Positions 39,524 to 48,520 of a stretch of 64,000 nucleotides of DNA are shown here, in pieces. This DNA comes from Deltaproteobacteria bacterium (GTDB lineage Bacteria > Myxococcota_A > Polyangia > Polyangiales > Houyiibacteriaceae): contig JAXMNT010000017.1 in the NCBI GenBank assembly GCA_034670305.1, positions 32,001-96,000 on the forward strand, given 5' to 3'. The translations under genes were made by a program, and so were the position numbers. The notes beneath the pieces were generated by a model that saw only the letters and a list, made by a program, of their open reading frames with translations, was not told where the DNA came from and searched no databases. Position 1 is the first letter of the stretch, and each line of letters opens with the position of its first letter.

Positions 39524-40099
39524 CTATTCGAGTTCGGCTTCAACGTAGATGGCGCCGTTTCGGTAGAGGGTGTTGCCCTCATCGACACCAACCGAGAGTT
39601 CGTAGAGGCTGGACACGTCGTCGCCATCGAGGTCGCCGTTGGCCCGCATCTGGTAGAGGCGGGTACCGACGGCCGTCGTGTCACCGCATCCTGCAGTGCC
39701 GGTCGTCACGACTTCGTAGTTGAAGTACACCGGGTCGGAGACCTGGAACTGGAACGACTCGAAGGTCGAGGTGGCCGCGTTGATGGTGGCCCAGTTGAGG
39801 ACGCTCTTCTGGTCGTCGGCGGCGTTGGCGGTGGTCGCCGATGCGGCCTTGCAGCGCGTGACGGTCACGACGCCGGCACCACGAGCGGGGAGGGCGGCCG
39901 GGCCACGCTCCGAGGTGTAGTAGGAGGCCGCGCCGGTGAACATCGCCTTCAGGTTGGCCGGTGCTTCCGAGGTCTTCGAGCGCTTGACGTAGTTGATGAA
40001 CGCCGGGATCGCGATGGCCGCGAGTACGCCGATGATGGCGACGACGATCATGAGCTCGATGAGCGTGAAACCCGACTGATTCTTCCTGAACTTGCGCAT
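39524..40099 (-). CDS. pilA: Type IV major pilin
   Basis: [39 protein letters not shown]; own sigma-54 promoter, AAGGAG RBS and strong terminator. Confidence 0.93.
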   Translation of the reverse strand: MRKFRKNQSGFTLIELMIVVAIIGVLAAIAIPAFINYVKRSKTSEAPANLKAMFTGAASYYTSERGPAALPARGAGVVTVTRCKAASATTANAADDQKSVLNWATINAATSTFESFQFQVSDPVYFNYEVVTTGTAGCGDTTAVGTRLYQMRANGDLDGDDVSSLYELSVGVDEGNTLYRNGAIYVEAELE

Positions 40100-40151
40100 T
40101 TTGAGAGACTCCTTCCGGCGGTTCCGCCGTGACGTTGGTGACGGGTACAAG

Positions 40152-40167
40152 AGCAAGTCGTGTGCCA
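40152..40167 (-). promoter_or_regulatory. Sigma-54 (-24/-12) promoter of pilA
   Basis: Minus strand TGGCACACGACTTGCT (GG-N10-GC). Confidence 0.9.
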
Positions 40168-40227
40168 CCGGATTCCGTCCGCCCTGACTGCAGAATCGGC
40201 TCGTCTCCACAGGGAAAATCAGGAATC

Positions 40228-40275
40228 CGACGATAATTGTCACCCGCGGGTGGGCGGGGGTGACGATTTTTGTCA
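40228..40275. promoter_or_regulatory. Tandem palindromic upstream activator sites (probable PilR binding)
   Basis: CGAC-GATAATT-GTCA (40228-40242) and TGAC-GATTTTT-GTCA (40261-40275), 33 bp apart, upstream of the -24 element. Confidence 0.7.
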
Positions 40276-40301
40276 GTCCGAAAACCGAAAGGCCACCAAC
40301 G

Positions 40302-40333
40302 AAAACGCCCCCGCACAGAGAGTGCGAGGGCGT
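40302..40333 (-). terminator. Intrinsic terminator of the second pilin
   Basis: Minus strand ACGCCCTCGCAC-TCTCT-GTGCGGGGGCGT-TTT. Confidence 0.7.
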
Positions 40334-40353
40334 CCAACGGTCTACGGTGAAGG

Positions 40354-40935
40354 CTACTCCCAGCCACCTGCGGCACTGGTCCAGATGGACTGCCGATGAG
40401 ACGTGATCTCAAACGTCACCGTCACTCCGTCCCCGTCCAGATCTCCGACGCCATGTGCGATGTGCCAGAACTCGTCCGCCCGTACCACGTTCGCCACTGG
40501 AGGCGCGGTGTTGGGAAGGCCGCCCACCGCAGCGTATTGGAAGCGGACCGCTGCGCTGTCGGGGATGGCGCCGAGCTGCCGCCATCCGGCCTGCTCTTCC
40601 CAGGCGACCAGGTTGCCGTCCGTCGGTAGAATCGTGGGGTTGAACGTCGTCAGTGCACCGCCGCTCGGGTTGGCGTAGATCCCGAACTCAGCGCGGTAGG
40701 CCTCTTGCCGCTGGTGGATCTCACCGAGGAACGTGGTGGCTTCACTCGTCCGTGCCTTGTGGACGTAGTTGATGAAGGTCGGGATGGCGATGGCCGCCAG
40801 CACCCCGATGATCACCACCACGATCATGAGCTCGAGCAGGGTGAACCCCGCGTGACGGAGAGTGCGGCGCCGTCGGCGAGGACCGCAGGGCAATCGTTTC
40901 GTGACGCGGGGTCGGTCGCTGCGTGCGGGGGACAT
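40354..40935 (-). CDS. Second type IV pilin
   Basis: [39 protein letters not shown]; start approximate. Confidence 0.9.
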   Translation of the reverse strand: MSPARSDRPRVTKRLPCGPRRRRRTLRHAGFTLLELMIVVVIIGVLAAIAIPTFINYVHKARTSEATTFLGEIHQRQEAYRAEFGIYANPSGGALTTFNPTILPTDGNLVAWEEQAGWRQLGAIPDSAAVRFQYAAVGGLPNTAPPVANVVRADEFWHIAHGVGDLDGDGVTVTFEITSHRQSIWTSAAGGWE

Positions 40936-41232
40936 GGGGCTCCTAGATTCGGACAGCAGTGCGTTTGGAAGGGCCCGCACTGGGTTGCAACCACGGTATC
41001 GCGTGGAGGTGGCGTGGACAACGGCTGCAAGAACGAGGCCGGCAGGCTGTGTTGCAGAGCCGTTTCCGAGGGGCCTCCGGCGGCCCGTTCGAACACGGTG
41101 GTTCAAAGCGGTGCAGCATGGACAATTGGCAACAAGCCCCGCATCCGTGCCGCCTGGTCTCAACGGCTCCCTGGAAGTCCCCAGCCGGAACCCGGCCCAG
41201 CCAGCCCCGCCTTCGCAGACGCGCACAGTCGA

Positions 41233-42648
41233 TCAGTCGTCGTCGGTGAGTTTGGCGAGTCGGTAGCGAAACGACCGGAAGGTCATGCCCACGAGCTCAG
41301 CGGCTTTGGTGCGGTTGCCGTTGGCGACGTCCAGCGCCTCCAGCAGCAGCCGCTTCTCGATCGCCGCGAGGTGCGCGTCGAGGTCGATGCCCTTCGAGAG
41401 ATCGAGTCCAGGGTCGGTCGGGAACATGGAGGGCGGCCGCGAGGGGGTGCCGCCGAGGTCTTCCACCGAGAGGACGGGCCCCCGCCCGAGCGCGACCGCC
41501 CGCTCGACCACGTTCTCGAGTTCGCGGACGTTGCCGGGAAACGAGCGGTGCGAGAGCCACCGAAGGGCCTCCTCGGAGAGGCTCAACGTTCGGCGCTGAA
41601 GCGCGGCGTGTTTCTCGAGCAGGTGTTCGGCCAAAGGTCGGATGTCCTCCGGGCGCTCTCGAAGCGGTGGCAGCACGAGGCGGATCACGTTCAGCCGGTA
41701 GTAGAGATCCTCTCGAAAGTTGCCGGCCTCGATTTCGGCTTCGAGGTCTCGGTTGGTCGCAGCCACCACCCGCACGTCGACCGACGTCTCCGACTCGCTC
41801 CCGATCGGCCGGACTTTGCGCTCTTGGAGCACCCGCAGGAGTTTGACCTGCAGGGGCAACGGGAGTTCGCCGATCTCGTCCAGGAAGAGGGTGCCGCCGT
41901 CCGCAGCTCGGACGAGCCCTTCTTTGGCCGCCGATGCACCGGTGAACGATCCCCGCTCGTGTCCGAAGAGCTCGCTCTCCATCAGGTTCTCGGGCAACGC
42001 GCCGCAGTTCACGACGACGAACCCCGCCTCTCGGCGGTCGCTCTGTTCGTGAAGCGCGCGGGCGACGAGTTCTTTGCCGGTGCCACTCTCGCCGGTGATG
42101 AGCACGCTGGTTGGCGCTGCGGCCGCACGCGCGATCAGCTCCCGGAGCTGGGCGAGTTTGGCACTGACGCCCACGATGCCAGAGTCACCGCCGCGCACCT
42201 GTCGGCGAAGGGTGTGGTTCTCGCGCACGATCGACGTTTTCTCGAGGGCCTTCTCCAACGTCGCGAGGAGCACGTCGTTTTTGAAGGGCTTCTGGAGGAA
42301 GTCGTAGGCGCCGCCCCGCATCGCTTCGACGGCCCGTTCGGTCGTCGTGTAGGCCGTGATCACGATCACCTGGGTCTCGGGCGCGCGTGCGATCGCCGAC
42401 TCGAGCACGTCGAGTCCCGAACCATCCGGCATCAGCAGATCGGTGAGGATCGCGTCGAAGGGTTCGTCGGCGGTTTGAATGCGGCCGCGCGCGGCCACCA
42501 CGCCTTCCGCTTCCGTCACATCGTAGCCGGAGCGTTTGAGCAAGGTGTGGAGCATGCGACGCAGGTTCTGCTCGTCGTCGCACACGAGCACGCGCGCACC
42601 GGTCGTCGCCCGTCCGTCTCCGTCCATCACGCCGGCCCCATCCCGCAC
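41233..42648 (-). CDS. pilR: Sigma-54-dependent response regulator (REC-AAA-HTH), PilR-like
   Basis: VCDDE..TDLLMP receiver; [23 protein letters not shown]-terminal GMTFRSFRYRL; adjacent to pilins. Confidence 0.88.
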   Translation of the reverse strand: MRDGAGVMDGDGRATTGARVLVCDDEQNLRRMLHTLLKRSGYDVTEAEGVVAARGRIQTADEPFDAILTDLLMPDGSGLDVLESAIARAPETQVIVITAYTTTERAVEAMRGGAYDFLQKPFKNDVLLATLEKALEKTSIVRENHTLRRQVRGGDSGIVGVSAKLAQLRELIARAAAAPTSVLITGESGTGKELVARALHEQSDRREAGFVVVNCGALPENLMESELFGHERGSFTGASAAKEGLVRAADGGTLFLDEIGELPLPLQVKLLRVLQERKVRPIGSESETSVDVRVVAATNRDLEAEIEAGNFREDLYYRLNVIRLVLPPLRERPEDIRPLAEHLLEKHAALQRRTLSLSEEALRWLSHRSFPGNVRELENVVERAVALGRGPVLSVEDLGGTPSRPPSMFPTDPGLDLSKGIDLDAHLAAIEKRLLLEALDVANGNRTKAAELVGMTFRSFRYRLAKLTDDD

Positions 42649-42733
42649 ACGCCGAACGCAGCTTCGGCGAGGCCACTCGCTTGGATGCGGGGGAGCGCGC
42701 TCATACCGTCACTCTAGCAGGCCAGGAACAGGC

Positions 42734-43012
42734 TCAGGCGAATCCGGTCTTGCGCTCGCCCGGTGCGGTCGTGCCTTTGACTTCGACGACGTAGACCGCC
42801 GCGTAGGTCGCGAACACTTCCTTCTCTTTTTGTCCGAGCCGGACGTAGCCGTCTTCGAGCGTCACCGTGAGGACCTCCTGCACCGGCATCGCGCCAATGG
42901 CCTCCCCGAGGTAGAACGTCACCCGATGTCCCTCGGAAGTCGTGAAGGTCGACCCCTTCTTGGAGAAGCCGTTGGAGGATTCGAGAATTGCGCTGAGCGT
43001 CTTGGACTCCAT
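42734..43012 (-). CDS. Small hypothetical beta-rich protein
   Basis: 92-aa ORF with ATG and coding-like composition. Confidence 0.7.
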   Translation of the reverse strand: MESKTLSAILESSNGFSKKGSTFTTSEGHRVTFYLGEAIGAMPVQEVLTVTLEDGYVRLGQKEKEVFATYAAVYVVEVKGTTAPGERKTGFA

Positions 43013-43096
43013 CGATCCGATGGTTGGAACCCCAGGAGAGCCCTGTCAAGCGCCGCCACAGAACGACGTGCCCGTCGGCTCGCCGCGATCGGGTGC

Positions 43097-44107
43097 GTGC
43101 TGGGGCTGATGTGCGTGGCGTGTTCGCCCGCCGAGGTCCGTCGCGGCCGCCGATCCATGTCGGAAGGTCACTTCGAGGATGCGGCGCGACACTACGCACT
43201 GGCGGCCGCCGACGAACCGAACAACGCCGCCCGGTGGCGCGACCTGGCCCGCGCGGAACTCCTGGCCGAGCGTCCGATCCATGCACGCCGTGCGTTCCGC
43301 CGACTCGCCCGACTGCGCCCGAACGACCCGCGGCCGGTCGTGGAGATCGGGTTCACCCAAGAGCTCGAGCGCGACTACGACCAGGCGCTGGCCACGTACC
43401 TGGAAGCGGTCGTCGTCGATCCCGAAGACGCCTATCCGTACCGCGTGCTCGGAACGCGGCTGTTGCGCTGGGGCAAGGCGGACGAAGCGATCGAACCACT
43501 CGCGCGCTCGGTGGAGATCGATCCTTCCCACCCGGAGACCTGGAAAGCGCTTGGGCTGGCGCACCATGCGGCGGGCCAACCAGAGGCGAGTGAGTCCGCG
43601 TTCCGCGCCGGACTCGAACACCATCCATCGGACCTCGGACTCAACTTGAGTCTCGCGGCGTTGCTCATCAACGCGGGCCGGTTCGAGCCCGCGCTCGAGA
43701 TCTACGATCGGTTGATCGAAGGGCTGCCGCGGTTCGCTGCAGCGCACGTCGGTCGTTCGCTCATTCTCCACGAACTCGGACGAGAGAACGAAGCGGAGGC
43801 GGCGCTCATCCGTGCGGTGGCGGTGGCGGACGATCCGGCGCGCTACGAGCGGCGGCTCGAGGCGTACCGGGCGTTGAGGCGGCGGGGCGTTCGGGCGCGC
43901 CGGGTGGGGCGCGACGGGGGCGGAGCCGGTGCCGAAGCCGAAGCCGAAGCCGAAGCCGAAGCCGAAGCCGACGCCGATGCCGAAGCCGAGGCCGATGCCG
44001 AAGCCGAAGCCGAAGCCGATGCCGATGCCGAGGCCGATGCCGAAGCCGATGCCGAAGCCGATGCCGAAGCCGATGCGGAAGCCGGTGCCGAGGCCGACGG
44101 GACCTAG
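43097..44107 (+). CDS. TPR-repeat lipoprotein with in-frame (AE/AD)n tail (start uncertain, 43043-43109)
   Basis: LMCVAC lipobox; multiple TPRs ([16 protein letters not shown]). Confidence 0.8.
   Translation: MLGLMCVACSPAEVRRGRRSMSEGHFEDAARHYALAAADEPNNAARWRDLARAELLAERPIHARRAFRRLARLRPNDPRPVVEIGFTQELERDYDQALATYLEAVVVDPEDAYPYRVLGTRLLRWGKADEAIEPLARSVEIDPSHPETWKALGLAHHAAGQPEASESAFRAGLEHHPSDLGLNLSLAALLINAGRFEPALEIYDRLIEGLPRFAAAHVGRSLILHELGRENEAEAALIRAVAVADDPARYERRLEAYRALRRRGVRARRVGRDGGGAGAEAEAEAEAEAEADADAEAEADAEAEAEADADAEADAEADAEADAEADAEAGAEADGT
43925..44098. repeat. Hexamer tract F: (GCCGAN)n inside the 3' end of the TPR gene
   Basis: Direct reading; at a convergent junction. Confidence 0.95.
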
Positions 44108-44122
44108 GACTCCCAGTCGCGG

Positions 44123-44926
44123 TCAGTGGCCCTGGTACTTGGGCGCCCGCTTCTCGCGAAACGCGGCGAGGGCTTCCAGCCGGTCTTGGGAGTTGAGGGT
44201 CTGCTCGTAGCAGCGGCGTTCGTGCAGCAGGCCGGCGTCGAGGGTCATCTCGGTGGCGGCGTCGATCGCACTCAACGCGGCGCGCACGGCGATGGGGGCA
44301 GAGGTCGCGAGCTGCTGCGCCATCGAGGTCGCGAGGTCGCGCGCGCTCTGGCCGGGCTCAGAGACCCGGGTGACGATGCCGAGGGCGAGGGCTTCGTCGG
44401 CTTCGAGCCGACGTGCGAAGAGGATCAAGTCCTTCGCGATCGCCGGACCGACGAGGCGGGTCAGCCGCTGGGTGCCGCCAGCGCCAGGAATGATTGCGAG
44501 CGACACCTCCGTCAGACCGACCTTGGCTTTCGGCGACATGACCCGCAGGTCACACGCGAGCGCGAGCTCGAGTCCGCCGCCGTACGCCACCCCGTCGATG
44601 GCCGCGAGGATGGGTTGGGGCAGCCGGTCGATCGCGTCGAAGGTCGAGCGGTACAAACCGAGGAAGTCGCGCACGTCCTCCTGGGTCATGTCCTTGCGCT
44701 CTTTGAGATCGGCGCCCGCGCAGAACGCCCGCTCGCCTGCGCCTGCGAGCACCACCACCCGCACGCTGGCGTCCTCCGCGGTCTGGCGGGCGAGCGCGCC
44801 AAGCCGGCGCACGGTCGCGCGCGAGAGCGCGTTCATCCGGTCGGGTCGGTCCAGGGTCCAGAATTCGATCGCGCCTTCTCGGCGGACCCGAATGCCATCG
44901 AGCAACTGGTCGGTCGTCATGCCCAA
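44123..44926 (-). CDS. Enoyl-CoA hydratase (methylglutaconyl-CoA hydratase-like)
   Basis: [41 protein letters not shown]. Confidence 0.95.
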   Translation of the reverse strand: MGMTTDQLLDGIRVRREGAIEFWTLDRPDRMNALSRATVRRLGALARQTAEDASVRVVVLAGAGERAFCAGADLKERKDMTQEDVRDFLGLYRSTFDAIDRLPQPILAAIDGVAYGGGLELALACDLRVMSPKAKVGLTEVSLAIIPGAGGTQRLTRLVGPAIAKDLILFARRLEADEALALGIVTRVSEPGQSARDLATSMAQQLATSAPIAVRAALSAIDAATEMTLDAGLLHERRCYEQTLNSQDRLEALAAFREKRAPKYQGH

Positions 44927-45000
44927 CCTTCTGCCCGCTCCATCAACACTCCGTCAAGCCAACGCGCTCCAGTCTCACGAAGCGCGCGAGGCCCGCGAGG

Positions 45001-45561
45001 TCAGGAGCAGTACGCGAGGAAGTCTCGGACGTCGCCGCGGAGGCGTCCCTCCACCTCCGACAGGCCGCGCGAGCCGGCGTGGTTGCGCTCTCGGTCCGGA
45101 TCGTACCGGTACGTCGCCTCGTCCAGCAGGAGGATCTCGATCTGAGCGTCGTCGCCCGCCCCCGGGAGAATGCGGAGTTGGCCTGGCACCGGGGCGGGGA
45201 GGGCATCCCCGAGTCGTTCGCGGTCCTGGGCCGAGACCCATTCGATCGCGAAGCGGGTGTCGTCGAGGCGCACGTCGACCTCCATGGGAGACGCTTCGCC
45301 GATGCTCACATCGAACGCTGCATTCGGCGCGCGACCGGCTTCTCGGACCACCTGCGCCACGATCTGAAGCGCTTGCGCTTCGGTGAGTGAGCGCAGCTCA
45401 TGCGCGGTGGGGGTGCGCGGCCCGGTGGGCGGGCCGCAGTGCAGGAGCAGAAGCGCAAGGGCCAACCCGCAGGACCACGTCGTCGTGTTCCTCACCGGTG
45501 GCGGGATTCGTTTCGGGTCGGAGGCTCGGGGAGGATCCGCTGGTGTCCGCAAAGAAGTCAC
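45001..45561 (-). CDS. Hypothetical lipoprotein
   Basis: LALALLLLHCG lipobox-like; GTGA overlap with the upstream gene. Confidence 0.7.
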   Translation of the reverse strand: MTSLRTPADPPRASDPKRIPPPVRNTTTWSCGLALALLLLHCGPPTGPRTPTAHELRSLTEAQALQIVAQVVREAGRAPNAAFDVSIGEASPMEVDVRLDDTRFAIEWVSAQDRERLGDALPAPVPGQLRILPGAGDDAQIEILLLDEATYRYDPDRERNHAGSRGLSEVEGRLRGDVRDFLAYCS

Positions 45562-46118
45562 TCGAGGGTGAGGGGGTAGTGCGCGATCATGTCGGGTCCA
45601 TCGAAACTCGGAAGCGACATCTGGCGCGCTGCGGTGCGCAGGCAGTCGCCCGCCTCGCCGCCAGTGACGGCGGACGGACCCCGAAGATTCACCCGGGTGA
45701 CCCGGCCGGAAGAAGCGATGCGGAGCCCGAACGTGATTCGCCCGCGCGACTCCCCTTCCACCAAGATGAGACAGCGGCGGATCCGGGGGAACACCTGGTC
45801 GAAGCCGCTCTCGATCTGGGCGTTGGTCAGCTGCTGCTCGCCCGCTCCACCGACGCCATCGATCTCACGGGGGTCGTTCTCACCCAAATCGTCGTCGCCT
45901 TGGAACATGCCTCCGCCGCTCATGCCCATGCCTCGCCGTCCACGACGGCCGCGTCGGCGCATTTTGGTTGGCGCCTCCTCGACTTCCTCTTCGAGCTCGA
46001 CCTCCATCGCGACCGGCTCGGGCTCGGCGTCGGCGAAGATCAGGCCTTCCGTGTAGGCGTAGCCGAAGCCGCCCCAGAGCACGCTCGCCAACCCGAATCC
46101 TGCGAAAAAGCGTCCCAC
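45558..46118 (-). CDS. Membrane-anchored AgmX/PglI C-terminal (TonB-C-like) domain protein
   Basis: N-terminal TM; IRRC...GRITFGLRIASSGRV...DCL....LPSF..YP. Confidence 0.75.
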   Translation of the reverse strand: MGRFFAGFGLASVLWGGFGYAYTEGLIFADAEPEPVAMEVELEEEVEEAPTKMRRRGRRGRRGMGMSGGGMFQGDDDLGENDPREIDGVGGAGEQQLTNAQIESGFDQVFPRIRRCLILVEGESRGRITFGLRIASSGRVTRVNLRGPSAVTGGEAGDCLRTAARQMSLPSFDGPDMIAHYPLTLE

Positions 46119-46209
46119 GGACGGGTGATAGCACGCGCGTCTGGAGCCGACAGTGCAACTCACACCCCTGTTTGACCACACTGTGGGCGGGGACTACCGT
46201 CCGGACGCT

Positions 46210-46908
46210 GTGAACCGAGCATTCTGCATTGTTTTTGGGCTGGTCCTTACCGTTGGGGCCTTCGCATCGCCCGGTCCGTGGGGCGGACCGTCGCGTGCGC
46301 TGGCACAAACCACTGGCGACGACGATCTCCCGCCCGCACTGCGGGAATCCACGCTCGACCCAGAGCTTCATGGACCGGCCGAGCCCGAGTCGGAGAGTCC
46401 TCCGCTTCGGATCGTCGCTGGGATCGGGGGGGGCGCGACCATCCGACTCGTCAAGCACCTCGACCTTCAGCAAGAGCGGTTCGCGCCGAGCTACCTCGAG
46501 GTCTTCGGCGGTGTCGTGTTGCCGGTGGGCGGACGAATTGGCCACCAGGTCACCCTGGCCGTCGCCACGAACCTGTCCGGCGACGGCTCGTACACCGCAG
46601 GCATCGATCCCCTCCAGCAGTGGACGCTGACGCCGGCGTACACCGCACGCATCTCCTTCCCAGAAGATCCCGTGCCCGACTGGATCCTGTTCGGCCGGTT
46701 CGGTGTGCCGCTGACCTTGTCCTCGGACTTCTCGTGGGGCCTCGGCCTCGACGTGGGCGCGGCCTACATGTTCACCGCCGGCATCGGGGTGTACGTGGAG
46801 ATCGACTACTCCATGTACTTCGGCGCCGACGACCGCAGTGGCAACGCCACGATTCACCCGCTCCTGAGCGGTGAGCTCGGCGTGCTCTTCGACATCGAGG
46901 TGCTCTGA
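46210..46908 (+). CDS. Outer-membrane beta-barrel protein
   Basis: Signal ending ALA; amphipathic strands; C-terminal GVLFDIEVL. Confidence 0.7.
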   Translation: MNRAFCIVFGLVLTVGAFASPGPWGGPSRALAQTTGDDDLPPALRESTLDPELHGPAEPESESPPLRIVAGIGGGATIRLVKHLDLQQERFAPSYLEVFGGVVLPVGGRIGHQVTLAVATNLSGDGSYTAGIDPLQQWTLTPAYTARISFPEDPVPDWILFGRFGVPLTLSSDFSWGLGLDVGAAYMFTAGIGVYVEIDYSMYFGADDRSGNATIHPLLSGELGVLFDIEVL

Positions 46909-47378
46909 TGAAACGTTCTCACTTGGGCGTACGACCCCCAAACTCCGCCCTGGTGACGCGCCTCGCTCGCTTCGCTCGGCGTCACCGCGTCGTCTTTCAG
47001 CTCCCGATGATGTTGGTGCTGCTCACCCTTGTGGTGGGACCCGCGCCTGGCGAAGTCGGCGGATGTGGCCAGGGCGACGTCGTCGCCGACGCGACCGATC
47101 ACTGCCGTCAGACCCGGTACTGGGATTGCCGCCGCCAAGAAGCCCGCATGGAGATCACGGCCGACGAGGTCCAGGGCTGCGTCGATGCCGTCGAAGCCAT
47201 GTGTGCTGGTCGCACTTGGCTCGCCAGTTGCGCACCGTTTCCGCTCCGCAGCCAGTCTCAGGCGTGCATCGATGCGTTGGCTCTTCCGGGCAATGTGTAC
47301 TTCGATCCCAATGGAGACGAGTCGTACGACATCAATGAGATCCCCGAGTGTCAGCTCTGCTCGGGCGGAGGTTCGTGA
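46908..47378 (+). CDS. Small Cys-rich exported protein
   Basis: Hydrophobic segment, GPAPGEVGGCG, 9 Cys; overlaps both neighbours. Confidence 0.7.
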   Translation: MKRSHLGVRPPNSALVTRLARFARRHRVVFQLPMMLVLLTLVVGPAPGEVGGCGQGDVVADATDHCRQTRYWDCRRQEARMEITADEVQGCVDAVEAMCAGRTWLASCAPFPLRSQSQACIDALALPGNVYFDPNGDESYDINEIPECQLCSGGGS

Positions 47379-48520
47379 TGATGCAGCGCAACGTACTCGT
47401 TTTCTCCCTGCTCACGGGCCTCGTGGGCTGCGCAATCGTGGCCGGCAAGTCGGACTACCGCGCCTACCGTCACGTCGAACTCGCGGACGACGACCAGTCT
47501 CGCCAGCGGGCGATGGCGCGCTACATCGAAGAACACCCGGAAGGCCGATGGGCGCCCGACATTCAGTCTGAGCGCGCGCGTCAGGAACCAGGTCTCTTCG
47601 AAGCCAGCAAGTCCACCGGCGCCGGCCTCCAGTACTACCTCGAGATCTACCCCTCCGGTCAGTTCACCGATCAGGCGCAGGCCCGCCTCGCCGCGCTTCG
47701 TTCGGTCAGCAAGAACCGCGAAGGCGAGTCCACCGCGCGTGCTGATGTGCAGCGCGAACGTCGTCAGGACACCCTGGAGGAGCGTCGTCAGTGGGCGACC
47801 AAAGCGGTCACCTACTGGAGCCGCATTCTTCTGAGCGTGGACAACTGGGGCAGCCCCATCGCCGAGGTCGCCGGTGGCAACGCCGAGTTCAACCGCGCGT
47901 TCGGTGCCCAGCCCGCGCCGCGCTGCAGCCGCGCCGAGTGCATCAAGTTCTACGAGCTCGGGTTCGCGATCCCGGTGCCGGGTCAGACCCGCATCGAACG
48001 TCGGCTGCGCCTTCTGCTTCGACTCAAACTCGAAGAGGGCAAACTCGTCCGCGCCGAGATGCTGATGCCCGACCGCGGCTTCTCCCGCTGGTACGAACTG
48101 CAGAACCAACAGTTCATCGCCGACGCTGATCCGGAAGCACGCCAGTTGGCGATCAACTGGGTGCTCGAGCAGGTCATCCCACTCATCCGCGAGATGTCGC
48201 CGACCGCTCAGGGCGTCGACGTCGTGCCCGAGCCGATCGATCCACCGACGGTGCGTGCGCCGAACCAGCCGGATCCAGGTGCCTCTCAGGTGCCGGGCGA
48301 AGCCGCCGCCGGCGACGCGCCCTCGGGTCCCGCTGCGCCTTCCGGACCCGCCGAAGAGGTGGCGCCGGTCAGCCCCGATTCGCTCGTGCTGCCGATGGCC
48401 CTCCAAGGGCTTCGCATCGGTGATCTTCGGGTGGTGGTCTTCGCGGCCGCAGACGACGACGAGGGTCCTGCCTACGACGGGATCTTCCTCGAGCACTCGA
48501 GCGCCACGCCCTCCGAGTGA
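47378..48520 (+). CDS. Hypothetical lipoprotein with YxxxxPxG helical repeats
   Basis: LVGC lipobox; YIEEHPEGRW and YLEIYPSGQF. Confidence 0.8.
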   Translation: MMQRNVLVFSLLTGLVGCAIVAGKSDYRAYRHVELADDDQSRQRAMARYIEEHPEGRWAPDIQSERARQEPGLFEASKSTGAGLQYYLEIYPSGQFTDQAQARLAALRSVSKNREGESTARADVQRERRQDTLEERRQWATKAVTYWSRILLSVDNWGSPIAEVAGGNAEFNRAFGAQPAPRCSRAECIKFYELGFAIPVPGQTRIERRLRLLLRLKLEEGKLVRAEMLMPDRGFSRWYELQNQQFIADADPEARQLAINWVLEQVIPLIREMSPTAQGVDVVPEPIDPPTVRAPNQPDPGASQVPGEAAAGDAPSGPAAPSGPAEEVAPVSPDSLVLPMALQGLRIGDLRVVVFAAADDDEGPAYDGIFLEHSSATPSE

